Assembly: GCA_963806225.1 (NCBI GenBank)
Contig: CAWDXG010000004.1
Location: 4,320,001-4,384,000 of the forward strand
Length of the DNA: 64,000 bases
From: an uncultured delta proteobacterium
GTDB lineage: Bacteria; Myxococcota_A; Polyangia; Polyangiales; Polyangiaceae
Reading direction: 5' to 3'
A program made the translations under genes and the position numbers. Below, one piece after another: positions 31,010 through 41,894 of this stretch; position 1 is the first letter of the stretch, and every line of letters begins with the position of its first letter. Below the pieces are notes generated by a model. That model was not told the origin of the DNA. It made no database searches and saw nothing but the letters and a program-made list of their open reading frames with translations.

Positions 31010-31678
31010 TCAAGGAACGCGGCAGGTTCCGAGGTTCTCGGAGGGTTTGCGATCGCAGGTGGACTGGGCGGGTTGGGGTTGGCAGGAGCTGCAGTCGGTG
31101 GCGGTGGTGCAGCCGAGCTTCTGGTAGAGGGATGCCAGCTGGTCGAGCGTCGTCTGGTCGAGCTCGGCGCCGACGTACCAGCAGGCGCCGAGGCCGATAT
31201 CGCAGTGCCCCGCGATCACCTTGCAGTCGCTGTCCGAGATGCAGTTGGACACGGCCTGTGACCCGACCTGCCCGGGCGTTGCCGTCAGCACCGCCTTCGA
31301 GACCGCGAACGCATAGGCCTTCGCGATGGTCGGACAGTCGGCATGGGTGGAGACGCAGGTTGCGCTCGTGTCGCTCGTCTCCACGCAGCCGCCGTTTGCA
31401 GGACACGGGCTCACGTCGTAGCAGACCGTGTCATCCCGGCACGCCGCCAGATCCGCGCCGCTCTGACACCACCTGAGCGGCGTCTTCGGATCCACCATCG
31501 GGCACGCATAGCATCCGCATTCCGTTGCGCAGGTCGTGCCACACTGCGGCGCCAGCTGCCGCTGGCAATCGACCGGTATCCGCCCGCCATTTCCATCGCC
31601 CGAGGTGCAGGCGTTGCCACCCAGGCAGAAGGCGAACAGCAACGCCAGGGATAGGTTGCGCGTCCTCACGGTGGACAA
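31010..31678 (-). CDS. Cys-rich lipoprotein
   Basis: Signal peptide LALLFAFCLGGNAC, >20 Cys. Confidence 0.7.
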   Translation of the reverse strand: MSTVRTRNLSLALLFAFCLGGNACTSGDGNGGRIPVDCQRQLAPQCGTTCATECGCYACPMVDPKTPLRWCQSGADLAACRDDTVCYDVSPCPANGGCVETSDTSATCVSTHADCPTIAKAYAFAVSKAVLTATPGQVGSQAVSNCISDSDCKVIAGHCDIGLGACWYVGAELDQTTLDQLASLYQKLGCTTATDCSSCQPQPAQSTCDRKPSENLGTCRVP

Positions 31679-31974
31679 TGGCAGACCCAGGTCGAGCCCG
31701 GATGAGCACTGGGGTCGGCGCAGTCGCTCCGGTACGTGGAGCAGTCACAGGTCGTCCCCGTGAGCAGACAGCACTTGGTCGCCGCACACGTAACTTTATT
31801 GGGCATGCTGTAGTTTCCGATGCACTCGCAGGTGGACTTGTCGTTGCTCTGCGAGCAGTACCAGTTGGAAGCAACGGGTGCTGGATTCTGACACGTCGGC
31901 GAGCCGCTCGCTGCTCTCCCCCCCGAGCAGCCCGCAGACAAGGCCAGAAGCGCAATGGCCAGTGCACGTCTCAT
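31666..31974 (-). CDS. Small Cys-rich lipoprotein
   Basis: MRRALAIALLALSAGC lipobox, ~11 Cys. Confidence 0.65.
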   Translation of the reverse strand: MRRALAIALLALSAGCSGGRAASGSPTCQNPAPVASNWYCSQSNDKSTCECIGNYSMPNKVTCAATKCCLLTGTTCDCSTYRSDCADPSAHPGSTWVCHCPP

Positions 31975-34569
31975 GTGCAACGACGTACACCCCGCCGCCG
32001 ACGACGACGACCAACAAATACCGCAAAACCACCCGCCGCGAGCAACAGCCACCACCCACGCGGTCCGGAGCCCGGCGACGAGAGCGCACAGCCAGGCGCG
32101 TTGGGCTTCTGTGCCTGGTTGGTCCCCGAAGCACCTGCTGCTCCCGCGGGGAACGAACACCGGGAATCGTTGGCATCGGCGACGATGCGTGCTGGGTCGA
32201 GCTTGCCGGGATGACAGCTACCAGGACCCTGGTCGTGCGTTACCGCGACCTGGACCGTGCGCGTGCTCGTCCCGGACGACGTAGTTGCCGCGACCGTCAC
32301 GGTGTAGACGCGGCCGTTGCCCGTGCCGCTCCGTTCCGAGCGCAGGCAGGCCCCTCCAGGCCCATACACGTAGTCAGGCGTGGTGTTGCCGTCCCCCTGG
32401 CCATTGGCGGGCTCGTTGCTGGTGACCTTCAGGATCTTCACAGTCGGCGCCTGGCCCGTGCAGGGGTCCAGGGCGGGCGTCATGGAGACCTTGATGTCGC
32501 TTCCCACAGCGAAGCGCACGAACTTGTGGTTCGGCGGCCAGAGGCAGGCCGGGGACACCTGCACGCCCGTAATCACCGGCGCCTGGTGGCGGAACCCGCA
32601 TGCCTTCTGGACCTCGTCGAGCGTGAGCGATTCAGGCACCACCGTCGAGAAATCGTTGTCGTCGTAGCCAAGCGTGTTGCGGAAGTCGAGCTTGAGATTG
32701 TGCCAGTCGTCATACCCGTTGAGCACCTGGCCGGGCGAGGCCTTGCAGGCCGAAATGGCGCAATCCAGGTCGTTCACATCCGCCGCAACACCTACATCGT
32801 TGGTCTTGCCGTTCTGGTTCCAGTCGATAGGGCCCGATGCTGGAGAGAAAACCGGAGCGCCAGACACACACGGTCCGAACTCGGTCTGGAATGCGCCGCC
32901 ACCCACGCCGACGCTTTCGTTGAGGGACGATTCATTCAACGTGGGCAACGCGGCTCGCGAGTAGTCGACAACGTCACCCGGCAGGAGCCCATAGTTGCTC
33001 CAGATGTAGTTCATCACGCTCAGGTAGTTCGGCTTGCAGTTGATCGTGTCCGCACCGCCATGCCCCAGGCCGAGGTTGTGCCCGAGCTCGTGCATGTAGT
33101 TCACGGCTTCAAGCGTCTGGAATGCGGGAAGCCCCCGTTTCGGGTCCCCAAGGTACGTCATCGTGTCATTGCCACCGAGCTCGCCCAGACCGATGATGTT
33201 CGAGGACGCCGCTTCGTGATGCGCCCAGACGCTGTAGTGGAACACTCGTCGCCGCGCCTCGATGATGTTCGCGGCGTTGGGGCTTGCCCGGTCCGCAGCA
33301 GTGCCGAGATAGCTCGCCTTCAGCCCGGAGAAGCACGAGCCGTCCATGCGACAGATGTCCTTGTGCGGAATGGCGTCGTCGACATCGATGTGGATCTGGA
33401 TCGGGATGGGCGCATTCGCGAATGCGTTCGTCAGAGCCTGGACTGCCGCGATGCTTGGACGGTGATCGTGCCCAGGCTGCGACGCGCAGGCATCGCTGCC
33501 CGGCACGTTGCAGTCCATGTAGTCGATCTCGGCGAACACGTCCTTCCGGTGCGGGTCCGCGCCCAGAGCCGGCAAGTCGAGATCGATCACGCCGTCGCCG
33601 TTGACGTCCAGACCTGAAGTTTCCCAGATGTCCAGTAGGCCATCGCCGTCGGAATCACGGCCACGGCGTCCGATAGCCAGGGCGCCATTCAGCCCCGGGT
33701 CCAGCGAAACGGACTGCGTGCCGCTGCTGCCGTAGATATCTACACCGGTACCGCTGGACGTCGCTATCTCGTCCGTTCCGTCTTCATCGACATCGCCCAC
33801 TGCGAGCTCGCCGCCGATGCCGAAGCTCGAAGTGAAACTGCTTTGTCCACCTGCGATGTCGTACACGGTCACGGTGTCGGATGGATCCGCAACGACCACG
33901 TCGGTCTCGGTCGATCCGCCAACGTGACCCATGGCCAGGGCTGCGCCTGTGACATAGGTCGTGAAGAGCGTCTTCTCGACGGAGCCAGCAGGCGAGAAGA
34001 TGGACACCCTTTCCTTGATCCATGCCGGAGCCGGTAGCGACAGCTATCCTCGCGACTCCACCGGTCGAGACCGCCGCGATTGCCGAATCGGGGGCGAACT
34101 CGGTCGTGAACGAGGAGACCTGGCTCCCGTTGCTCTTGTAGACCGTGATGGCGCCCGGGATGCCTGGCGAAGCAACAACGACCTCGGGAAAGCCGTCGTG
34201 GTCGACGTCCACGGTGGTGAAGGCACCACCCAGGGCGTACGAGGTGTTGAACGAAGCGATAGTCCCAGCGGTGGAATAGGGCTGCGCGCCATCGCGCAAC
34301 CCATAGATCGTGATATTTCCGCTCGTACTACCTGCCTGACCGACGATGATGTCGACCAGGCCGTCGTTGTTCATGTCCGCGGCGGCCAGGCTGCCCTTGG
34401 AGGAGAACGACGAGGAAAAGCTTCCCGACTGGTTCGTGCTGATCGTGCCGGACGCATCTGCGGCCACGATGGGCACAGCGACCTGCGCTCTGGCTTGCTC
34501 CGTGTAGGCTACCAGCGCCAGGGTCGCGGAAACGACCAGCGCCCAGCTCGATGGGCTTCTCTTGCTCAT
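31971..34569 (-). CDS. Large secreted FG-GAP-repeat / metzincin protease with MYXO-CTERM-like tail; frameshift near 34010
   Basis: Signal peptide, DMNNDGLVD / DVDHDGFPE / DVDEDGTDE repeats, HELGHNLGLGH, NYLSVMNY, LWPPNHK domain, GC...TM-RRRRRR; split across ORFs 33784-34569 and 31971-34007. Confidence 0.8.
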
Positions 34570-35098
34570 TGGGGGGGCCCTTCACTGCGGAATTGTCGAC
34601 TAGCGTGTTCTGCCCAAGCCTCCAGCCCAATCACTAGAGGGTACTAGCGCTTCAAGTCAACCATCCCTGGGCGTGAAGAGGTGGTTCGAGTCCGCGTGGA
34701 ACCTGGAATTCCTCCACCCCGACCGGTGCGATTCCGCGTGGTTACACGTGGTTGCGCTGGCGACCATGTGGAAGCGCGGAACTTGTGCTAGGTGCCAACG
34801 AGGGTTGACGCTCATCAGGAATGTCCGAGAGGGAGTGCGGCTCCTCCCTGGTAGATGAACTCATCGACGCTCACGTCAGCATCGCGCTGCAGCGCGCGCT
34901 ACGATGCGGGCCTACTTCCGGCGCGATCCTTTCCCAACCTAGCCCATCATAGCCCCGGAACGACTTCGCAGTCTGGGCGTTATGGCCTCTGATTCCCGGC
35001 GGTTGGACGCAGTCGCGCTGCTGTAGCCCGCGATCGGCGTCGCACGCGCACGCTCAGCTCGCACTCGTTTCCGCGGGCGCTACGCTCCCCGAGCGGCG

Positions 35099-35449
35099 TT
35101 GCTTTGCCTGGCCCTCGGCATCGAGCAGCTGGTTACGCTGATCGCCTCGATGCCTCACCCCGAGCGCATCACGCAGGGTCACGTCGAGAACATGCTTCAA
35201 CGCCACCTGGGTCACGACCAGCACCGGCTGACGCCCCATCACCAACGCCTTGTCAAGATGCTGGCCGTTGCACCGCTTCGTGCCGAGCAGATCATCAGCG
35301 CGTTCGGGTTCGACGCGAAGTATGTGCGCACGGTGATCGAGAACCCACTCGTCAATCGGGGGCTGCTGTACATCCACACCGACCGGCTTCGGCAGTTGAC
35401 GGCAGAAGGCATGGAGATCGGCCGGTCGCTCGCCAAGGGCCGGTGCTGA
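35099..35449 (+). pseudogene. Possible RuvB-like C-terminal winged-helix fragment
   Basis: LGHDQHRL...YVRTVIENPLVNRGLL...RQLTAEG resembles the RuvB C-terminus; no ATPase domain upstream. Confidence 0.35.
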
Positions 35450-35458
35450 GCCCGCTGG

Positions 35459-35884
35459 CTACGCGAGACGCCGGAAACCGTCAGCCACATCGAGGCGCAC
35501 GTCGAACGAAGCCACGTCGCCGATCGTTCCACGTCGTTGCAGTAGAACCAGCAGGGCGTCGTTGTAGTTGAGCGCGCCCGACGTGGCTTGCATCACGTCC
35601 AGGACATCGTTGAAGGGCTGGTCCTCGATGCGGGCGATCTTGCCGGCGTCATACAGCGCGCGGGCCTGCTCGAAGATGGCGGTGAGATCGGGCGGGTTCG
35701 ACTTCCGCTCGCGGCCTCGGCGACAGAGGACAGACAGGGCTTCGGCCACACAGAAATCGATCAGCACCACGATGTCGCCGCTGGCCGCGATGCGCTTCAC
35801 GAGCCCGGTGGCGGCGTCGTGGAGCGTGTCGTTCCGGTCGAGCAGGCCGACCAGCACGTTTGCATCCAGGACAACGTCAGCCAT
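35459..35884 (-). CDS. PIN-domain (VapC-like) toxin
   Basis: VVLDANVL...D.LH...E...YNDAL...VASFD acidic tetrad. Confidence 0.88.
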   Translation of the reverse strand: MADVVLDANVLVGLLDRNDTLHDAATGLVKRIAASGDIVVLIDFCVAEALSVLCRRGRERKSNPPDLTAIFEQARALYDAGKIARIEDQPFNDVLDVMQATSGALNYNDALLVLLQRRGTIGDVASFDVRLDVADGFRRLA

Positions 35885-36119
35885 CGTACAAGGCGTCGCA
35901 GTCTTCGAGCGCGTTGCCGCCGATGTCGACGACGCCGGTGAGCCGCTGGATGTCCTCCGTCGAGAGGCCAGTGAATTCATGGGCCGCCCCTGCGTGCTCA
36001 GCGGCCTCGATGACCATGCGGCGCTGCTCGGTCGGGAGCTTCGCCAGCTGATCGACGAGCGGCCGGAGCGCGGCGGGCAGCGGCTCCGGGATGTGCTTCG
36101 GCTGGGCCATCGACATCAT
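35877..36119 (-). CDS. Putative antitoxin
   Basis: 80-aa ORF with acidic tail overlapping the PIN gene start by 8 bp. Confidence 0.7.
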   Translation of the reverse strand: MMSMAQPKHIPEPLPAALRPLVDQLAKLPTEQRRMVIEAAEHAGAAHEFTGLSTEDIQRLTGVVDIGGNALEDCDALYDG

Positions 36120-36212
36120 GATACCACCAGCTGCGCCGAGCGCGAGTTCAGCGGGCGGGCTCCGCTACTTGATGGTGGGCGTGTACGCCGTCTCCAGTAC
36201 CTCCTGGAACGC

Positions 36213-36523
36213 CTCCAGCGCGGGGGCGGCACCGCCGTCGCAAGCCGGCAGAGCAGCGAGAGCGGATCGAGATCGATCGCGAACGTGCCGTCGCTGAACG
36301 GCCGCTTCAGCACCAGGCGGCTGTTCGACGCGCATTGAGCGGCGCTGTCGCGACGCACTGGTGCGCGCCGGCGACGCCACGAAGCGCTACCGGGCGCCGC
36401 GGGAGCGCGAAACCCTTCCTCCGGGAGCCTACCGGGCCTCGCCAGCCAACAGGACAGCATCCTCCGGACCGGGATCCCGCGCACCCCCCAGGCGGTGCGG
36501 GGGCGTTCATCTCACCTACGCGC
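36213..36523. mobile_element. Scrambled IS91-like remnant with plus-orientation ori end
   Basis: Minus-strand RLVLKRPFSDGTFAIDLDPLSLLCRLA joined to plus-strand LFDAH* (36321-36338), then GGCGTTCATCTCACCTACGCGC at 36502-36523. Confidence 0.75.
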
Positions 36524-36593
36524 TGACGGTGCTGACCGGTCGGGGCGCCCGGCGGATTTGACGGCTTCTGCGAGCTGATGCGAGGGTGGCGCG

Positions 36594-37202
36594 ATGAATC
36601 GGCGCACGAGGTTCGGGGCAGCGTTGGCGTGTGTCGTCGCCGTGGCGGGATGCAACAAGCACAAGAGCGCCCCAACGCCTGCAACGACAACCGCGTCCGC
36701 CGCTGCGGCGACCGCCTCCCCACCCAGCAGCCCGCCGGCAGCGCACCCAGCGCCCGCCGAAGGCGTGCAAGCGTTCCTGGGCTGGGTCGGCGCGAACCAT
36801 ACCGCGCCGGAGAAGGCACCAACCGACCGCGAATGCTACGGCCCGGGCGACAGCGACGCGGGCTGGTGCCTTGGAACCACCTCCGTCAGCGCCGGCTCCC
36901 GGTATGTGAAGTGGCGCAAGGCCGACGCTTCGGTGGCCAAGTTCGAATCCGCTGCGCTACCGCGTGGCCTTCAGCTTTCCTGCGCGAGCCTGGACGCCAC
37001 GCGCATCCGCAAGTGGCGCTGGGCGTCGGCGGATTCGACCTTGTTCCACTGCAAGTTCACCGGCGGCGCGCTCGCGGGCTGGCACGCGTGGGTCAAACTC
37101 GCGCCAGTCGGCACGTACTTGCGTGTGTTCTCTGCCAGCTACTTGAAAGCGGACACGGCCTTTGCGAACACGCTGGCGAACCAGGGCGAGACGCTTCCCT
37201 AG
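36594..37202 (+). CDS. Lipoprotein, hypothetical
   Basis: Lipobox VAGC, Pro/Ala linker, globular C-domain. Confidence 0.7.
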   Translation: MNRRTRFGAALACVVAVAGCNKHKSAPTPATTTASAAAATASPPSSPPAAHPAPAEGVQAFLGWVGANHTAPEKAPTDRECYGPGDSDAGWCLGTTSVSAGSRYVKWRKADASVAKFESAALPRGLQLSCASLDATRIRKWRWASADSTLFHCKFTGGALAGWHAWVKLAPVGTYLRVFSASYLKADTAFANTLANQGETLP

Positions 37203-37721
37203 CGACCGAGGGCAACGCCTTACGGTTGCTTGGGGCCGGCCGTGGGCTTCTCGCCCCCGTTTTCTCCGTGCTGGCCCACCTCGTCACTCCCGAACTTGGC
37301 GAGCGCTGTAAGCATGTCTCTACCTTCTCGGAATCCGAGCGCCGCTTCGATGTCTTCTGCCCGTAGCGTCGTGCCCGGGCGGCCAACATCTTCCCGCATC
37401 GCCGCCAGGAGTTTCGCGACGTAGGGCACGCTCTCAAGCGGAGACAGCGGCGTCGGATCGTCCAACACGCGATCGACTACCTCGTTCCACGCGCGGGCGA
37501 CCGGATCGGAAGCGTAGAGCGCGAGGTCAACGCCGGTCTGGGCGCTTTGCATTCTTGCCCCCGACGCGCCCGGCTCTTCCGCGGGTCAGCGCGGGCCGGC
37601 GTCGGGGGTGACCGGGCTGGTGGCCCCCGGCCGGGCGCGAGCCCGGCCTTGGCGGGCCCGCGCTGCGCGCAGCGAAGCGAGCACGGCGCACCGCGCAGCG
37701 ACGCGCCGCGCGGGGGCAACC

Positions 37722-38075
37722 CTACACGGTACGCGGCGAGAAGCGGCGCAGGCGCAGGCTGTTGGTCACGACGAAGATGCTGGAGACGCTCATGGCGGCG
37801 GCGGCAAACATCGGATTCAGGAGCAGGCGGATGACCGGATACAGCACGCCGGCGGCGACGGGGATGAGCGCGACGTTGTAGGCGTAGGCCCAGAAGAAGT
37901 TGAGCCGGATGGTGCGGAGCGTGCGGCGCGAGAGGCGCGCGGCGTTGACCAGGCCGCCGAGATCGCCGCTCATCAGGATGACGTTGCCGGCTTCGATGGC
38001 GATGTCCGTGCCGGTGCCGATGGCGAGGCCCACGTCGGCCTGCGCGAGCGCGGGGGCGTCGTTGATGCCGTCGCC
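37722..38075 (-). pseudogene. 3' fragment of heavy-metal P1B-type ATPase (CopA-like)
   Basis: [38 protein letters not shown]; cut at the ori end at 38077. Confidence 0.9.
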
Positions 38076-38076
38076 G

Positions 38077-38660
38077 GCGCGTAGGTAGGACAAGCGCCCC
38101 TGCGAGGCGGCGGGGCGTGCGCGTGGACCGCGAACGGGAACCTTTTCCGGACTGCAGAGGGCGGCCCGGGGCGTCGCAGCGACGTATCGAGGCTCTTTCG
38201 AGCCGTTGCGGGCGCCGATGCCGTCCGGCGGACACACCCCTGCGCTCGCGACGGCGCGTTCAATGCGCGTCGAACAGCTCCGCCTGGGCGGTCTCGCCGA
38301 GCCGGTGGCGGATGGCGACGCTCTTGAAAAAGGGCGGGTCGCGGGCGGGGGCGAGGATGGGCGGCTCGGTGGGCTCGCCGAGCCAGCGCAGATAGCGGCG
38401 GATGCCGGCGGCGGTCATGACGAGGGCGCGCATCTTCAACCGGCCGCCGCAGCTGCTGCAGAGCTCGACATCGATGTGGAAGGTGCGCTTCAGGAGCTCG
38501 GCCCACGGGCGATAGCCCGAGCGGTGTGTGGCGGGCTTGTGCTTTGCCGTGCATGTCGCGCACACGTGGTCGTCGCTGCGTCCGTCCGCCGGCGGCAGTG
38601 GCGGCACGACGCGCGATCGCCACGCGCTCGCTGCAGCGAGCACTCCGGCGTATCTCACCG
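38077..38660 (-). mobile_element. IS91-like remnant (ori end + transposase 3' fragment 38260-38660)
   Basis: GCGCGTAGGTAGGACAAG; RYAGVLAA...CSSCGG...QAELFDAH*. Confidence 0.85.
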
Positions 38661-38816
38661 GCCCGTAGGTAGGATGAACGCCCTCTGCTCGTTGCTCCTG
38701 GTTGCCACACGTCGCTCTCGCTGCCTCTGCCGGACAGAGCCCGTAGGTAGGATGAACGCCCTCTGCTCGTTGCTCCTGGTTGCCACACGTCGCTCTCGCT
38801 GCCTCTGCCGGACAGA
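38661..38816 (-). repeat. Tandem 78-bp duplication of the ori end
   Basis: GCCCGTAGGTAGGATGAACG...CGGACAGA at 38661-38738 and 38739-38816. Confidence 0.9.
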
Positions 38817-40296
38817 CTACGCCTCGATCGAGCTCCGCGGAAGGCGCGCCGGCGTGGCATCCGGCCCCCCGCGCGTGGCCCGCGCACGACCACCCTGCCG
38901 CCGGTCGGATCCCCGCCCTTGCGAGCGCGCGTTCAGGGCACGTCGAACAGCTCCGCCTGCACGGGCTCTCCGAGCCGGCGGCGGATGACGCGGCTCTTGA
39001 AGAAGGGTGGCCCCCTCGCGGGCGCGAGAGTGGGCGGCTCGGTCGGCTCGCCGAGCCAGCGCAGGTAGCGGCGGATGCCGGCGGCGGTGACGACGAGGGC
39101 GCGGAGCTTCATCCTGCCGCCACAGTGCTCGCACCGCTCCACGTCGATTTTGAAGCTGCGGCGTAGCAACTCGCGCCATGGGCGATACCCGCAGCGATGC
39201 GTGGGCGACTTGTCCTTCGTGTTCGCGCACGTGGCGCAGTGCGCGTCGTTGTCGTTCTTGTCGTCGTCGTCGTCGCGCGGCGGCGGCGGAACAATGCGCG
39301 CTCTCCATTTGCTGTGTGCAGCGAGCACGCCGCCGTACCTCACCGTATTGAACCGTGGCGGGTGCACGGCCGCCGCGAGTCGCGCGAGCAGGGACAGAGG
39401 GTCCATCTCGAGCGCGACTGTTCCATCACTGAACGGCCGCTTGAGGACCAGACGCACGAGATCGTCGCCGGCGAGCTGGACGCGCTCCTGCGAGATCGGC
39501 GGCCGCAGGATGTACTTGCAGAGCGCTTCTTTTCCCGCGTATCCCAGCATCCTTCCGTTCATGCAGGCCCAGGAATCCTACGTCTCCACCAACACCTTCT
39601 TCGTGAAGGGCTTTCTGGAAGGAGCGGTGCGGCGCTGGAAGAGCGCCATGAGCCCGCCGAGGCGTCCGTCTGCAACCAGGAAGAAGGGCGCTGCGAAGGA
39701 ACCCTCATGAGCACCAGCCTGGCCTGCGGATCTCGCCTGGAGCCGCTCCGCCCTCGCCGGCATCCGCACTCTCCGCCGTCGCACCGCCGTCGGGCGAAAG
39801 CTCGCTGGCCTTGACGCGGCGCCCTTCATACGCGGCGTCCGCCGTCGCGTGCTCGATGGACTCGATGCGGAAGGTCGCCCAGCGCCGGCGCGCGCGCGCG
39901 GCCTCGGGAACGTTGTCGCCCACGTCGAGCCAGTTCCTGGCCTGTCGTGTCGGTTCCTCGGCGTCGCCGGCGTCCGCGTCGGCGTTCATGAGCACCGACG
40001 CCAGATCCATGCTCACGGTTCCGCGCGTCTTCGTCAGATCGAGCAGGTCGACCTGCAGCTCGCCCCGCGCGACCCGCAGCGTGCCGCTCGGCGCGGCCTT
40101 CTTCGCCTTCAGCGTGAAGCTCGCGCGCCCTTGGGGCTGGATCGTGTAGCGCACCGTCAAGCTGGGCCGCGCAGCGCTCGGCGCCGGGTGCGCGCGCCAC
40201 GGAGCGCTGTGCGCGGGCGCCGCGGACTTGTCGTGTTTCTTCGAGCAGGCGGCGAGCGCCAGGACGGCGACGACAACGAGCAGGCGGCGCATCGGG
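38739..40296 (-). mobile_element. Third copy of the main element: deletion derivative carrying the same flank as copy 2
   Basis: Transposase 3' half 38933-39539 joined through GCG microhomology to a copy of 29934-30693. Confidence 0.85.
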
Positions 40297-40387
40297 ACGA
40301 CTTTGTCCCAGGTCGAGGCGGCGGGCCAAGTCACGCCGACCGGCCGCATGGCGGCCGTGTGCCTGCGGGTCGTGGTACACCTGGTTC

Positions 40388-40609
40388 ATGGCTAGCGCGA
40401 GCGCTCTGTCTCCGGCGAAGCGTTGGGCGCTGGTGCGCGAGCGGGAGAGACTCGAGTCGGCCAAGGCTGGCTACGACGAGAAGCTCGCGCAGCTCGCCTC
40501 GCTCATGGCTTCGGTGGACGACTTCGGCTGGCGCGACAAGCTTGGCGCCGACGACGATTGCGTCCGCGCGCTCTGGATGAAGCTGCGCGCCGCCGGGACA
40601 CGTGGCTAG
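40388..40609 (+). CDS. Small hypothetical protein, putative antitoxin
   Basis: 73 aa, overlaps downstream nucleotidyltransferase by 8 bp. Confidence 0.55.
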   Translation: MASASALSPAKRWALVRERERLESAKAGYDEKLAQLASLMASVDDFGWRDKLGADDDCVRALWMKLRAAGTRG

Positions 40610-41216
40610 CCGGAAGAAGAAGAGCAGCGCGCGCCGCGCGCCAGCCGTCCCCGGCGGATTGACGGAGGCGATCCGCGCCGTTTCAGCGTGGCTGTCCGAC
40701 GCGGGCGTGGGCTTCGCCATCGTGGGCGGAGTGGCCGCATCGCTCCACGGCCGGCCTCGCGTCACCAAGGATGTCGACGTGGTGGTGATCACGGAGGACG
40801 ACTCGTGGGACCGGCTGCTGGCCCTTGGCGCCCAGCACGGCCTCCATCCGCGGATCCCCGATGCGCTGGAGTTTGCCCGGACCACGCGCGTGCTCCTGCT
40901 TGTTCATCGGCCGTCGCACATCGAAGTCGACGTGAGCTTCGGCATGCTGCCGTTCGAAGCGGAAGTCGTCCAGCGCGCGGCGATGAAGGACGTCGGCCCG
41001 GTCCGCTTTCCGCTCGCTTCTCCCGAGGACATCGTGATCATGAAGGCCCTCGCCATGAGACCGCGCGACGTAGCCGACATCGAGGGCATCCTCGACTCCG
41101 TGCCGGATCTCGATCTGGCGCGCGTACGCGAGGTCGTCTCCCGCCTGAGCGCTGCGCTCGAGACGGACGATCACCTTGCACGCCTCGACGAGATCGTACG
41201 CGGCACGCGCGGGTGA
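40602..41216 (+). CDS. Nucleotidyltransferase (DUF6036/AbiEii-like)
   Basis: IVGGVAASLHGRPRVTKDVDV, ASPEDIVIMKALAMRPRDVADI. Confidence 0.82.
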   Translation: MASRKKKSSARRAPAVPGGLTEAIRAVSAWLSDAGVGFAIVGGVAASLHGRPRVTKDVDVVVITEDDSWDRLLALGAQHGLHPRIPDALEFARTTRVLLLVHRPSHIEVDVSFGMLPFEAEVVQRAAMKDVGPVRFPLASPEDIVIMKALAMRPRDVADIEGILDSVPDLDLARVREVVSRLSAALETDDHLARLDEIVRGTRG

Positions 41217-41339
41217 TGGGGATGCCTCCCCTCGCGTCGGCTTCGCCTCCGCGGTCCCCTCCTTGCCCGGACGCGGCGCGCCGGTCAGGTCGTGCGGGGA
41301 CTTCCACGTGGTTCCGCTCCGCGCGCCGCGCGCGGGCGG

Positions 41340-41796
41340 AGGGGACGAGGGACACGATCGTGACCGGCGTGCCGCCACCCTGCGGCAGCTTGACCACGCT
41401 TCCCGATACGTCCTCGGTCCAGAACACGTCGGAGCCGTGCACGGCGACTCCCCAGCTTCCCCCAGGGACGGATGCGACAACCCACGTCGCGCCGCCGTTC
41501 TTGTCGACGGCCTTGATGACCTGTTGCGAGGCGGCGCTCCAGTAGACGCTCTGGTCGCCAACGGCAATCTCGTCGGGCACTTCATAATCTGTCGTCCCGA
41601 GCGCGACCAGACAGCGCCCGCTGTGACACGTCGCGCCCGTCGTACCGCCGCCGCCGCCGCCACCTACCGGCCCGCCGGGCATGGGAGATCTGCTGCTACA
41701 GCCGGAGACGCACCACAGTAGCGCCACCAGCGGCAGCAGGACCCGAAACGAAGTGACCTGCTCGCATGCCCTCACAATGTCCTGGGATTCTATCAT
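41340..41796 (-). pseudogene. Truncated paralog of the adjacent beta-propeller lipoprotein
   Basis: VSGC lipobox, GRCLVAL, IAVGDQSVYW, VAVHGSDVFW; coding character is lost near 41350. Confidence 0.6.
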
Positions 41797-41894
41797 GGAA
41801 GGAAGTGCGGAGGTGGAGGGCGCGGGCGCGCCGCGAGCTTGTCGTTCAAGTCAGCGCCGCGGCCAGCTGCGCAGACCCAAACCGCCGACGCGAG

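Noticed and set aside
23510..36119. Integron cassette array
   Set aside because: Co-oriented orphan genes and a TA pair are suggestive, but no attC-like sites or tyrosine integrase were found; junctions are explained by transposon ends
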